DNA of 64,000 nucleotides from Octopus sinensis (taxonomy: Eukaryota), in NCBI RefSeq assembly GCF_006345805.1, contig NC_043021.1, forward strand, positions 19,840,001-19,904,000, given 5' to 3'. Made by a program: the position numbers and the translations under genes. Positions 25,568-37,830 of this stretch are shown in pieces. Below the pieces are notes generated by a model that saw only the letters and a list, made by a program, of their open reading frames with translations, searched no databases and was not told the origin of the DNA. Numbering within the stretch: the stretch's first letter is position 1; each line of letters starts with the position of its first letter.

Positions 25568-26059
25568 ATCACACCATGTGATATTATTATTGTTAGTCAG
25601 TGAGGTGGCAAGCTGACTGAACCCTTAACATGCGGGGCGAAATGCTTAGCGGTATTTTTTGTCTGCTGCTACGTTCTATTTTATCGGTCTCTTTTGCCGA
25701 ACCGCTAATTACGGGGACGTAAACACACCAGCATCGGTTGTCAAGCAATGCTAGGGGAACAAACACAGACACACAAACACACACACATATATATACATAT
25801 TCATATATACGACGGGCTTCTTTTCAGTTTCCGTCTACCAAATCCACTCACAAGGCTTTGGTTGACCCAAGGCTATAGTAGAAGACACTTGCCCAAGGTG
25901 CCACGCAGTGGGACTGAACCCGGATTTGTGTTGTTTGTAAGCAAGCTACTTACCACACAGCCACTCCTACACCTATATATATATTAATAGTAATGGTAAG
26001 ACAAGAAAGAATGAAAAGAAAAAAGACCTTGACATTATGTAAATAGAGGAATTTATCTG

Positions 26060-26113
26060 ATAATATACATACATATATATATATATATATATAGATATAT
26101 ATATATATTATAT

Positions 26114-26149
<36 letters not shown>

Positions 26150-26275
26150 ATATTGTATGTATGTATATATATATATCAGATAAATTCCTCTCTCTCTCTC
26201 GTATATATATATATATATATATATGTATATTATATTATCACATATATATACCTATACATATTATATATGTATATC

Positions 26276-26308
<33 letters not shown>

Positions 26309-26462
26309 CATATATATATATATACATATATATGTTATATATATGTATATATATTATACATATCTATATATATGTATATATATGTGTATATATATATCCA
26401 TGCTAGCATGGAAAGCGGACGCTAAACGGTGATGATGATAAATATATATACATATATATATA

Positions 26463-26538
<76 letters not shown>

Positions 26539-26573
26539 ATATATATACATTGTATATAATATATATAGATATT

Positions 26574-26635
<62 letters not shown>

Positions 26636-26676
26636 ATAACTATATATATATTATATATACATATATATATATATAT
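26060..26676. repeat. (TA)n-rich microsatellite ending about 20 bp upstream of an RP2 acceptor
   Basis: Direct inspection. Confidence 0.95.
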
Positions 26677-26698
26677 GTCTATTGTGTTTATCTTTCAG

Positions 26699-26804
26699 GA
26701 AACATTTCCGAAGTGCACAGCTGAGCACCTTCAACAACAACTGGAGCAGTATTTTCGATTTCACACAAGTTGCTGGGATGCCAAACCTCTCCCTCTTACC
26801 TGCG
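26699..26804 (+). CDS. RP2: RP2 coding exon: [35 protein letters not shown] (5' junction 1 nt out of phase as written)
   Basis: tctttcAG acceptor, GTaggc donor. Matches [34 protein letters not shown]. The homologous frame needs a phase-2 intron, but the upstream donor is phase 1. Confidence 0.88.
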
Positions 26805-28048
26805 GTAGGCAAACACCTTTTTCTCTTCTGGAACATCTTTTCGCTGGACGACACCTTCTTTTTGTTTTTGCATTGAGGCACAGCTTAAGCACTCCACAAC
26901 ACCTTTTAATCCCGAATCATACTGGGTCTGCAAAATTACTCCTCCTCCTCCTCCTCTTTCTCCTCCTCCTCCTCCTCCCCCACCTCCTCCAAGGTTGACT
27001 TTGATAAAATATGTACCAGTTAACAACTGGAGGTCAATGCAATCAATTTACTTCAAAATTGCTGGCCTTGTGCCAAGGGGGACATGCTGTGCTTGAGGAG
27101 ACCTATTGAGTCAAGTACATCAACATCAAAATAAATATCAAATGGAAATTGTAGTTGTGATACCCGTGTAAAAAGCACCATCCGAACGTGGCCGATGCCA
27201 GCGCCGCCTTGAATTGCGTCCATGCCGGTGGCATGTAAAAAGCATCCACTACACTCACAGAGTGATTGGCATTAGGAAGGGCATCCAGCTGTAGAAACAC
27301 TGCCAGATCAGACTGGAGCCTGGTGCAGCCTTTGGGCTTCCCAGACCCCGGTTGAACCGTCCAACCCATGCTAGCATGGAAAGTGGACGTTAAATGATGA
27401 TGATGATGATGATTAAGGTGGTGATCTGATAGAACTGTTAGCATGCGAACTGGCAGAATCGTTAGCACGCCAGGTGAAATGCGTAGCCGTATTTCATCTG
27501 CTGCTATGTTCTGAGTTCAAATTCCACCGAGGTCGACTTTGCCTTTCATCCTTTCGGGGTCGATAAATTAAGTACCAGTTACGCACTGGGGTCAATGTAA
27601 TCGACTTAATCCGTTTGTCTGTCCTTGTTTGTCCCCTCTATGTTTAGCCCCTTGTGAGTAGTAAAGAAATAAGAATTGTTAGCATGCTGGACAAAATGCT
27701 TAGTGGTATTTCGCCTGTCCTTCAGTTCTAAGTTCAGCTTTGCCTGTAATCCTTTTGGGGTTGATAAAATAAGCACCAGTTTGCACTGGGGTCGATGTAA
27801 ACAACTTAGCCCTTACCCCAACATTGCTGGCATTGTGCCCAAATTAGAAACCAATGTGTCAGTCAGCAGGAGGCAGTGATCTGGCAGAATCACTGCTGTG
27901 CCAGGAAAAATACTGAGTGGCATTTCATGTCTTAACGTCCTGAGTTCAAATTCCACCTAGGTTGATAAAGTATCAGTTGAGCATTGAGGTCAATTTATTC
28001 AACTTACCCACTCCATGAAATTGCTGGCCTTGTGCCAAAATTTTATTA

Positions 28049-28085
<37 letters not shown>

Positions 28086-28495
28086 TATGGGTTTTCTTCT
28101 TCTTTCAAATTTGCTTCCATTTCTTGCCGAGTGTCTTCCCGACTCCTAGGGCAAAGAAACTCATAGTATACATTGGAAGGCCATTAAACTAAACTCACTA
28201 GTTCGTTCTTTTTTTTTGGGGGGGGGTAGTAATAGTTTTCACATCGACAATGCTCTTCTCAATACGTGTGATGTACCAGTTAAGACAATCTTTTGCACTT
28301 CTTGCAGGGATGGTTAGCCAGGGATCATTCTCATATAATTTTCGGTTCCCTTCTTGACCATTCCTAGTGCTCCTACGATCACTGGTATTGTAACCGCCTT
28401 GAGATGCCACATTTTCTCAATTTCAATGAGCAGGTCTTTATATTTTCTGAGCTTGTCAAATTGTTTCACTGAGATATTATGATCACAGGGGATGC

Positions 28496-28497
<2 letters not shown>
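28086..28497 (-). mobile_element. RLE-type non-LTR retrotransposon 3' fragment flanked by (AAT)n on both sides
   Basis: SIPCDHNISVKQFDKLRKYKDLLIEIEKMWHLKAVTIPVIVGALGMVKKG...LQEVQKIVLTGTSHVLRRAL. Confidence 0.8.
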
Positions 28498-28526
<29 letters not shown>

Positions 28527-28618
28527 CATTTTCATATACATTCAACAGATTAGACTGCTGGAAGAAAAAAGAATCCTAATGTTGGGCTACAAGTAACCTT
28601 AGATGCAAAGAACCCTCA

Positions 28619-28673
<55 letters not shown>

Positions 28674-29024
28674 GTCTTTGAACAAAAACGGTGCATGCAA
28701 CAAGAATATTTTGTAGTACTCCTGACTGAGTTAACTCCCCTTATGTTAAAAGCTGTCTGGTTTTTTTTTTTTTCATTTCTCCACACGATCAATAAAATAA
28801 ATATTTAATGAAGTAATGGGATAGTTAATATAACTGACTTAATGGCCTACCTTTTGAAGTGATGCCCACGCATGGCCAGAGTCCAATGGCTGAAACCAAT
28901 AAAAATCAAAATAGAAATAAAAAGCACGGTCTTTCTGTAATTCAGCCACTTTACATTTTAGAAAGACCAGCTTTATTTATACCAGATTTCTTCACTAATC
29001 ATCACCAGTACATTAAGGTGGCGA

Positions 29025-29798
29025 ACTGGCAGAAACGTTAGCACACCGGGCGAAATGCGTAGCCCTATTTCTTCTGCCGTTATGTTCTGAGTTCAAATTC
29101 CGCTGAGGTCGACTTTGCCTTTCATCCTTTCGGGGTCGATAAATTAAGTACCAGTTACGCACTGGGGTCGATGTAATCGACTTGATCCCTTTGTCTGTCC
29201 TTGTTTGTCCCTCTATGTTTAGCCCCTTGTGGGCAGTAAAGAAATAAGTATTTCATCTGCCACTACGTTCTGAGTTCAAATTCCGCCGAGGTTGACTTTG
29301 CCTTTCATCCTTTCGGGGTTGATAAATTAAGTACCAGTTGTGCACTGGGGTTGATGTAATCGACTTGATCCCTTTGTCTGTCCTTGTTTGTCCCCTCTGT
29401 GTTTAGCCCCTTGTGGGTAGTAAAGAAATAAGTATTTCGTCTGCTGCTACGTTCTGAGTTCAAATTCCGCCAAGGTCGACTTTGCCTTTCATCCTTTCAG
29501 GGTTGATAAATTAAGTACCAGTTACGCACTGGGGTCAATGTAATCGACTTGATCCCTTTGTCTGTCCTTGTTTGTCCCTCTCTATGTTTAGCCCCTCGTG
29601 GGCAGTAAAGAAATAAGTATTTCGTCTGCCACTACGTTCTGAGTTCAAATTCCGCCGAGGTTGACTTTGCCTTTCATCCTTTCGGGGTTGATAAATTAAG
29701 TACCAGTTACGCACTGGGGTTGATGTAATCGACTTAATCCCTTTGTCTGTCCTTGTTTGTCCCCTCTATGTTTAGCCCCTTGTGGGCAGTAAAGAAAC
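29025..29798 (+). mobile_element. SINE family B with four tandem ~181-bp subunits
   Basis: One head (aggtggcgaactggcagaaacg) followed by four body repeats. Confidence 0.85.
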
Positions 29799-30458
29799 AT
29801 AATCCCCACAATTAATCTCTCTTGTATACATCAGCTGATCCTCTTCACATCTGCTCTCTCCATTTACCCTTTAATTGTGAAATTAAATTTCATGGCTATT
29901 TAATATGTTAAATATCTACCAAAAAATATAGAATTGATATTTTCTGCAAGTCACATTGTATCAGTAAACTTCATGTATCTCTACAAAAAATATGTTTAAA
30001 CATGATATTCCTCAGTAAAAGATAGAATGGAATATGAAATAGCTTTCTACAGTTAACAGTCATGAAATTTTGATTAGATATATCTGATTTCTTTCAATGC
30101 TCAGACTGGGCGTTGTGAGTGTTTCTTGAGCGAAAACACCTCGAAATAGATACAGTAACGAAAGGGTTATTAAGCATAACATGCCTCAATAAAAAAAATA
30201 GATTGATATATAAAACTGTTTCTGTTATTAAGTTTAATGAAATTTTGAGTGGCTCTGATTTCTGCAGTGAGAGGGTTTACTAATGATAGCAACAATGATG
30301 CTAGCATGGAAAACCGATGTTAAATGAATAAATGATTTTCATCTTTTAAAGTTGAGGTTTTTGAGTTCAAAACACTAAAATCTGAAGGTTATGAACATAT
30401 TTAATTTGAAATGTGGTTCCAGAAGAATTATTTTTGGTTTTTATTTTTATTTTTGAAG

Positions 30459-30587
30459 GACATCAAAGTTGAAGATTACATTCCATTACCAACTGTAGAA
30501 CCTTTCAACAGCCTGGAAATTGATACAGACCCACTGCGAAGTGTCGTACCAGTTACATTAGGCTCGCGAGAACGGTCATCAGAAGAG
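30459..30587 (+). CDS. RP2: RP2 coding exon: DIKVEDYIPLPTVEPFNSLEIDTDPLRSVVPVTLGSRERSSEE
   Basis: ttttgaAG acceptor, GTaagg donor, phase 0/0. Matches [41 protein letters not shown]. Confidence 0.92.
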
Positions 30588-30721
30588 GTAAGGAATTAAC
30601 CCTTTACGGTCAGAAAGCAGTACTGACTGCATCAAAACAGTGTGTGTGAGCAGTGCAATGTCTTGCTCAGTGCGACACCATGTCTTCAAATATTCCACAC
30701 TGAGAACAATCTGTAGATATA

Positions 30722-30934
30722 CTCTTTTACTTGTTTCAGTCATTTGACTGCGGCCATGCTGGAGCACCGCCTTTAGTCGAGCAAATCGACCCCAGGACTT
30801 ATTCTTTGTAAGCCCAGTACTTATTCTATCGGTCTCTTTTGCCGAACCGCTGAGTTACAGGGACATAAACACACCAGCATCGGTTGTCAAGCAATGCTAG
30901 AAGGACAAACACAGACACACAAACATATACACAT

Positions 30935-30965
<31 letters not shown>

Positions 30966-31942
30966 CATTTAAATTTGCCCTTATTTATGAATTGTATATA
31001 TATATATACATATATACGACAGTCTTCTTTCAGTTTCCGTCTACCAAATCAACTCACAAGGCATTGGTCGGCCCAGGGCTATAGCAGAAGACACTTGCCC
31101 AAGATGCCACGCAGTGGGACTGAACCCGGAACCATGTGGTTGGTTAGCAAGCTACTTACCACACAGCCACTCCTGTGCCTATACTGTAAAATTCCTTGAA
31201 TGAAAAATTATGTAGTTACAGAACAGCCTAACAGCAGTACACATAACACACTGTCAGTACTAAATCCATCTGCAATGAGTTAAATATCTACCATTGTGCC
31301 TTGAACAAGTGAAGGAGTGTGAGCCAGCTGGGTGGGTTTTATGGCCTGATACCCTTCCTAGTGCCAACTACTTTACAGAGTGTACTAGTTGCTTTTCTTC
31401 GTGGCACCAGCACCAGTGAGGTGTCTAAATAACTTGCAAGACAAGACCTCTCAACTGAGATGAGGAGTAGTATTGAGGGAGGTGGCTTTGTGCCAGGAGA
31501 TGAAAGATTCGAATATGATAAACAGCCTCCTATAGGCATAGGAGTGGTTGTGGTAAGTAGCTTGCTTATGAACCACATGGTTCCAGGTTCAGTCCCACTG
31601 CATGGCACCTTGGGCAAGTGTCTTCTACTATAGCCTCGGGCTGATCAAAGCCTTGTGAGTGGATTTGGTAGATGGAAACTAAAAGAAGCCCGCCGTATGT
31701 ATGTATATATATTTATATGTATGTGTGTGTATATGTTTGTGTATCTGTGTTTGTCCCCCCAACATCGCTTGACAACCGATGCTGGTGTGTTTATGTCCCC
31801 GTAACTTAGCGGTTCGGCAAAAGAGACCGATAGAATAAGTACTAGGCTTACAAAGAATAAGTCCTAGGGTCGATTTGTTCCACTAAAGGCGGTGCTCCAG
31901 CACGGCCACAGTCAAATGACTGAAACAAGTAAAAGAGTAAAG
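30722..31942. mobile_element. Inverted pair of family A SINEs (30722-31180 on -, 31533-31942 on +)
   Basis: Consensus match on opposite strands. Confidence 0.85.
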
Positions 31943-33346
31943 AGGTTGAAAACAGGTGTCTTGCAGCAGAGGAGGTACATGGCTTCTTGGTCCTACAACC
32001 TGCTAGATATAGCAGCCAAATTTTCCCTCACATCACATTGCTTTTTTAGTAAAAAAAAAAAAACAACACAGTGGAACTAAATATTGGATTCCCTGGATTT
32101 AGGGAGAAGACTGGATTGTCAGCATTTGAATGTCTTTGATCATAAATGGGCTCCATCAGGGCTGACCCAGGGGTAAAAAACAGCTTGGTTGACCATTTAT
32201 GATACAGTGTTGGCCATCCATTGCAACTGACACCACCACGACCAGTTAACCATTTATGATACAACGTCGACCCTCCATACTGACCACCATCACTGATTTA
32301 ACATTCATCATGCAATGTTGGCCATCTGTAGTGACCACCACCACAGGCGGAGAATTTGGATAGCCAAGAGGTTGTCAGTCCAACTTTTGCCGGCCACCAA
32401 GACTGTGTTGTATCCCTGATTGAGAAACGATGCCACTGCTGTTGCTAGTCACAGCAGCAATGATGATGATGATGATGATCATGTTGATGGTGGTGGTGGT
32501 GGTGGTGGTGGTGGTGGTGACTATGATGGTGGTGGTGGTGGTGATGACGATGGTGGTGGTGATTGTGATGATGGTGGTGGTGATAGTGGTGGTGGTGGTG
32601 GTAGTGCTGATGTTGCTGTTGTTGTTGTTAAGCAACAAGACGGGTATGGGTGATTAGGTGATGGTCTAGGGCTTAGGGGAGGGAGACCCCAGACCTTGGG
32701 AAAAAAAAAACTTTGGTCATCTTGTTGTAGTCGAGGGCTCTTCATTGACGCCCAACACCACTGGGAGGTTGCCCTCGAAGTCGCTGGAAATGGAGATCTC
32801 CAGGTCCAAATTCTTGAACGGCTGATGATGATGATGATGATGATGATGATTGTGACGATGGTGGTGGTGGTGGTAGTGGTGGTGGTAGTAATACCGATGA
32901 AGTGAGGGTGAGGGTGATGGTGATAATGTTGAGAGCAAGGAGGAGGAGAAAAGATCATGATGGCAACAACAACAACAGCAGTGGTGGTGGTGGTGGTGGT
33001 GACAGATGATGATGATGATGATGATGACAGTATTGGTTGGTTATAGTGGTGGCAATTATGATAGTAGTGATGATGACAACGACGATGATGGGGGCGGGGT
33101 GAGAATGATGACAGTAGCAGTGGTTGTGATAGTGGTGGTGGTGGTTGTGGTTGTAGTGGTGGTGGTGACAGATGATGATGATGATGATGATAGTTATGAT
33201 GATGATGATATTTATGATGATGCTGATAATGATGACAATAATGATGATATTTATGATGACAATGATGATGATGATGATGTTACTGCTGATATATATATGT
33301 ATATATATGTTTACTAAAATCATGTCTTTTTATCTCTGCAATCCAG

Positions 33347-33427
33347 TCATGTTTGATGGTGTTCTTCAGTGATGGCAGTTCACATGACCGCGCTGTGCGG
33401 TTCATTGAAAAAATGAAAACAGAACAT
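33347..33427 (+). CDS. RP2: RP2 coding exon: SCLMVFFSDGSSHDRAVRFIEKMKTEH
   Basis: atccAG acceptor, GTaagt donor, phase 0/0. Matches [23 protein letters not shown]. Confidence 0.88.
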
Positions 33428-33645
33428 GTAAGTTCAAAGCTTCTCCTTTTGGTTCATTATCTTTGATTAATTAATTAATTAATTAGGTAACCACTGCAAC
33501 TCCTACCCATGTTCAAAGTTTTTCCTTTTGGTTCATTATCTTTAATCAATTAATTAATTAATTAATTAGGTAACTACCCCAACTCCTACCCTTGTGTTTT
33601 ATCCACATTGATTACCATATCAATAATAACACCTCATTGATTTAA

Positions 33646-33863
33646 CCCGTTAGTATTTAAACTGGCCATATCCGGCCAAAATATTTAATCTGTTTTATGT
33701 TCAGACTGGCCAGATCCAGGCCCTCACACCTACCCTACAATGCTATTCTACATTAAGTAATTACACCATCAAGATCTTGAAGATATGAGATAATGCATGA
33801 TTAATTCAAATCAATGGGAATCAATAAGCATTATGTTTGATTGATAATCTGAACACTAAAGGG
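33646..33863. mobile_element. piggyBac-like MITE, same family as 48685-48903 in opposite orientation
   Basis: TTAA|CCCGTTAG ... CTAAAGGG|TTTAA. Confidence 0.65.
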
Positions 33864-33955
33864 TTTAAACTTATTGTTCTATGATTAGCAGAAATAAGCC
33901 AATTAGGTGAAGCAAGCCTAACATTTGTTTATCAAAACCTTGTTTATAATTCCAG

Positions 33956-34055
33956 CCGGAGGTATCATTGCTACAGAGCAGCGAAGTCGAAATGGAGAAA
34001 GATGAAGTGGAACGAGTGTTTGGAAGTCTGTCTTACCAAGCGGCAGCAAAACAAG
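33956..34055 (+). CDS. RP2: RP2 coding exon: PEVSLLQSSEVEMEKDEVERVFGSLSYQAAAKQ(G)
   Basis: ttccAG acceptor, GTgagt donor, phase 0 in and phase 1 out. Matches FLVQTKEVSMKAEDAQRVF; phase fits the last exon. Confidence 0.88.
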
Positions 34056-34082
34056 GTGAGTATTAAGATTTTTTTTTTTTTT

Positions 34083-34266
34083 TTTTACTTGTTTCAGTCA
34101 TTTGACTGCGGCCATGCTGGAGCACCGCCTTTAGTCGAGCAAATCGACCCCGGGACTTATTCTTTGTAAGCCCAGTACTTATTCTATCGGTCTCTTTTGC
34201 CGAACCGCTAAGTGACGGGGACGTAAACACACCAGCATCAGTTGCCAAGCAATGCTAGGGGGACAA

Positions 34267-34301
<35 letters not shown>

Positions 34302-35598
34302 CATATATACGACAGGCTTCTTTCAGTTTCCGTCTACCAAATCCACTCACAAGGCTTTGGTCGGCCCGAGGCTATAGCAGAAGACACTTGCCCAAGGTGC
34401 CACGCAGTGGGACTGAACCCGGAACCATGTGGTTGGTTAGCAAGCTACTTACCACACAGCTACTCCTGCGCCTGTGAGATGTGAGATTTTGTAAGATTAT
34501 CGGTGGCACATAAAAAGGCACCATTCAAGCGGGATTGTTACCAATGTCGCCTTACTGGCACCTGTGCCGGTGGCATGTGTAAAAAGATTCGAACGAGGTC
34601 ATTGCCAGTACCGCCTGACTGGCCCCCGTGCCGTGGCACGGAAAAGGGCACCATTTGAGCGGGATCGTTACCAATGTCGCTTTACTGGCACCTGTGCCAG
34701 TGGCATGTGTAAAAACATTCGAGTGAGGTCATTGCCAGTACCGTCTGACTGGCCCCCGTGCCGGTGGCACGTAAAAAGCACCCACTACACTCTCGGAGTG
34801 GTTGGCGTTAGGAAGGGCATCCAGCTGTAGAAACTCTGCCAGATCAAGATTGGAGCCTGGTGCAGCCATCTTGTTTGCCAGCCCTCAGTCAAAATCGTCC
34901 AACCCATGCTAGCATGGAAAGCGGACGTTAAACAATGATGATGATGATGATTTGGAATGATTTTGAAATACGGGAATTAATTGATAAAATTGTCAAGCTT
35001 GAAAGGTACAGGCATGGCTGTGTGGTAAGAAGCTTGCTTCCCAACCATATGGTTCTGGGTTCAGTCCCACTGCATGGCACCTTGGGCAAATGTTTTCTAC
35101 ACTGAGCAACAAGCAAGTGTATTAGTTTGATGCTCAGAAAAATGAAGATGTCTTTTACGTTTCGAGCCTATGCTCTTCAACAGAAAAGAATAAGAGAGTG
35201 GCTTTGTGGTAAGTAGCTTGCTTACCAACCACATGGTTCCGGGTTCAGTCCTAATGCGTGGCACCTTGGACAAAGTGTTTTCTACTATAGCCTCGGGCCG
35301 ACCAAAGCCTTGTGAGTGGATTTGGTAGACGGAAACTGAAAGAAGCCCATCATATATATGTATATATATATTTGTATGTATGTGTGTGTGTTTGTGTGTC
35401 TGTATTTGTCGCCCAACATCGTTTGACAACCGATACTGGTGAGTTTACGTCCCTGTAACTAGGCGGTTTGACAAAAAAGACCTATAGAATAAGTACTAGG
35501 CTTACAAAGAATAAGTCCTGGGGTCGATTTGCTCGACTAAAGGCGGTGCTCCAGCATGGCCGCAGTCAAATGACTGAAACAAGTAAAAGAATAAAAGA
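34083..35598. mobile_element. SINE cluster: family A (34083-34472, -), family E (34500-34950, +), family A (35196-35598, +)
   Basis: Consensus matches. Confidence 0.8.
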
Positions 35599-36019
35599 GA
35601 GAGATAATGAGAAAAACTTGTGTAGATATATGTATATATGTATGTATGTATGTATGTGTGTATGCATGTGTGTATTATGTATGCATGTATGTATATGTGT
35701 ATGTGTGTGCGTCTTTGTGTCTGCATTCAGCCCCTCACCACCACTTGACTAGCGGTTCGGCAAAGAAGCCAAAAGAATAAGTACCAGGCTTAAAAAAGAC
35801 AAGCCCCAGGGTAATTTTGTTCAAGTAAAACTCTTCAGAGCAGTGCTCCATCAAGGCCACAGTCAAATGACTGAAACAAGTAAAAGATACACAATAAAAG
35901 AAACAAAGGACTGTAGAATAATGCAATGGACAGACACACAGACACACATGAAAGGGTGCGACATGTGACTGTGACCATGTTGGTTCTCTTCTGTGTGTGT
36001 GTGTTGTTTTCTATCAATC

Positions 36020-37430
36020 TGTGAGAATGATGTGGTGCAGCTGGCATGATATGAGGTGCAGCTGGCTGTTCTGTGAGGTGCAAGTTGGTGAGCTGTTAGA
36101 TGCATCTAGATGCGGTATGAGATGCAGCTTGGTCTGCTGTGACATGCAGCAAGGGATGCAACTTGGTGCAATGCGAGATGCAGAACGGTGCGCCGTGAGG
36201 TGCATATTGGTGCACTGAGACATGTGACTAGTTAAGCAACTTAGGGTGATGTGAATAACGGCTAGATATGCTGTGAGATGCAGCTAGACATTACTAGATG
36301 CAGTTTGGTGTTCTGAAGATGCACTTCAGTGTTCTAAGGAGCACTCCGTCGGTTACGACGATGAGGGTCCCAGCTGATACGATCGACAGAACAGCTTGCT
36401 CGTGGAATTAACGTGCAAGTGGCTGAGCACTCCACAGACACGTGTACCCTTAACGTAGTTCTCGAGGAGATTCAGCATGACACAGAGTGTGACAAGGCCG
36501 GCCCTTTGAAATACAGGTACAACAGAAACAGGAAGTAAGAGTGAGAGAAAGTTGTGGTGAAAGAGTAGAGCAGGGATCACCACCATCCCCTGCAGGAGCC
36601 TCGTGAAGCTTTAGGCGTTTTCGCTCAATAAACACTCACAATGCCCGGTCTGGGAATCGAAACCACGATCCTGCGACCGCGAGTCCGCTGCCCTAACCAC
36701 TGGGCCATTGCACCTCCACTCAGTGTTCTAAAGGGGCACTTTATTATGATGTGGTGGATCGGTGCTGTGATGTATTTGTGTGATGTAAAGTGCATCTCAG
36801 TGTGATGAGGGCATTCATATGCTGAGGTGCAGCTATCTGTGGCATAAGGGACAGCTTGGTATGTGGTGAGATGCAGTTGGATGGGTGAGTTGTATGGTGC
36901 AGCTTGTGTTGTGAAGTGCAGTTTTGTGTGCTGTAAGATGCATTCAGTTGTGCTCTTAGATGCAGCTTGCTGCACTGTGAGATGCAGTTTGCTGTACTGA
37001 GAGATGCAGTTTACTGCACTGTGAGATGCAGTTTGTTGCACTGTGAGATGCAGTTTGATGCACTATGAGATGTAGTTTGTTGCACTGTGAGATGCAGTTT
37101 GATGCACTATGAGATGTAGTTTGTTGCACTGTGAGATGCAGTTTGATGCACTATGAGATGTAGTTTGTTGCACTGTGAGATGCAGTTTGATGCACTATGA
37201 GATGTAGTTTGTTGCACTGTGAGATGCAGTTTGATGCACTATGAGATGTAGTTTGTTGCACTGTGAGATGCAGTTTTATGCACTATGAGATGTAGTTTGT
37301 TGCACTGTGAGATGCAGTTTGATGCACTATGAGATGTAGTTTGTTGCACTGTGAGATGCAGTTTGATGCACTGTGAGATGTAGTTTGTTGCACTGTGAGA
37401 TGCAGTTTGCTGCACTGAGAGATGCAGCTT
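36020..37430. repeat. 22-bp minisatellite with 44-bp higher-order dimer (clean 37017-37400, decayed upstream), interrupted by a SINE at ~36340-36717
   Basis: gcactgtgagatgcagtttgat alternates with gcactatgagatgtagtttgtt. tcagtgttctaa is repeated on both sides of the SINE. Confidence 0.9.
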
Positions 37431-37654
37431 GGCATGCTATTATGAAAAAGTACTAGGCTTAAGAAATAATCCTGGGGTGGGGGGTGTCAAGGTGGTGCTC
37501 CAACATGGCCACTGTCAAATGACTGAAACAAGTAAAAGAATAAAAGAAAAAAAGTATATGTATGTATGTTTTCTTGCACTGCAATGCATGCATGCACTGT
37601 GCTGCACACCTGTGTATATACACTCTGACTTACCTGTTTCTTTCCTCGTTGCAG

Positions 37655-37830
37655 GTCCCGTGATAGGGCTTGAGTTGTGTGGTGACGGAGTGATCAGCTT
37701 CTGCCAGAACCAAATTGTGAACATAATGAAGGGAACCACGGGTCTGGTGTTCGTCAGCCAGAACAAGGCGTTGGCCAGCAAACAGATCGAAAACTTCTTC
37801 AACTACTCGGACATGCAGATGAAGATCTGA
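37655..37830 (+). CDS. RP2: RP2 last coding exon: (G)PVIGLELCGDGVISFCQNQIVNIMKGTTGLVFVSQNKALASKQIENFFNYSDMQMKI*
   Basis: tttcctcgttgcAG acceptor, TGA at 37828-37830. Matches the human C-terminus GPVIALEFNGDGAVEVCQ...[26 protein letters not shown]. Confidence 0.95.
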
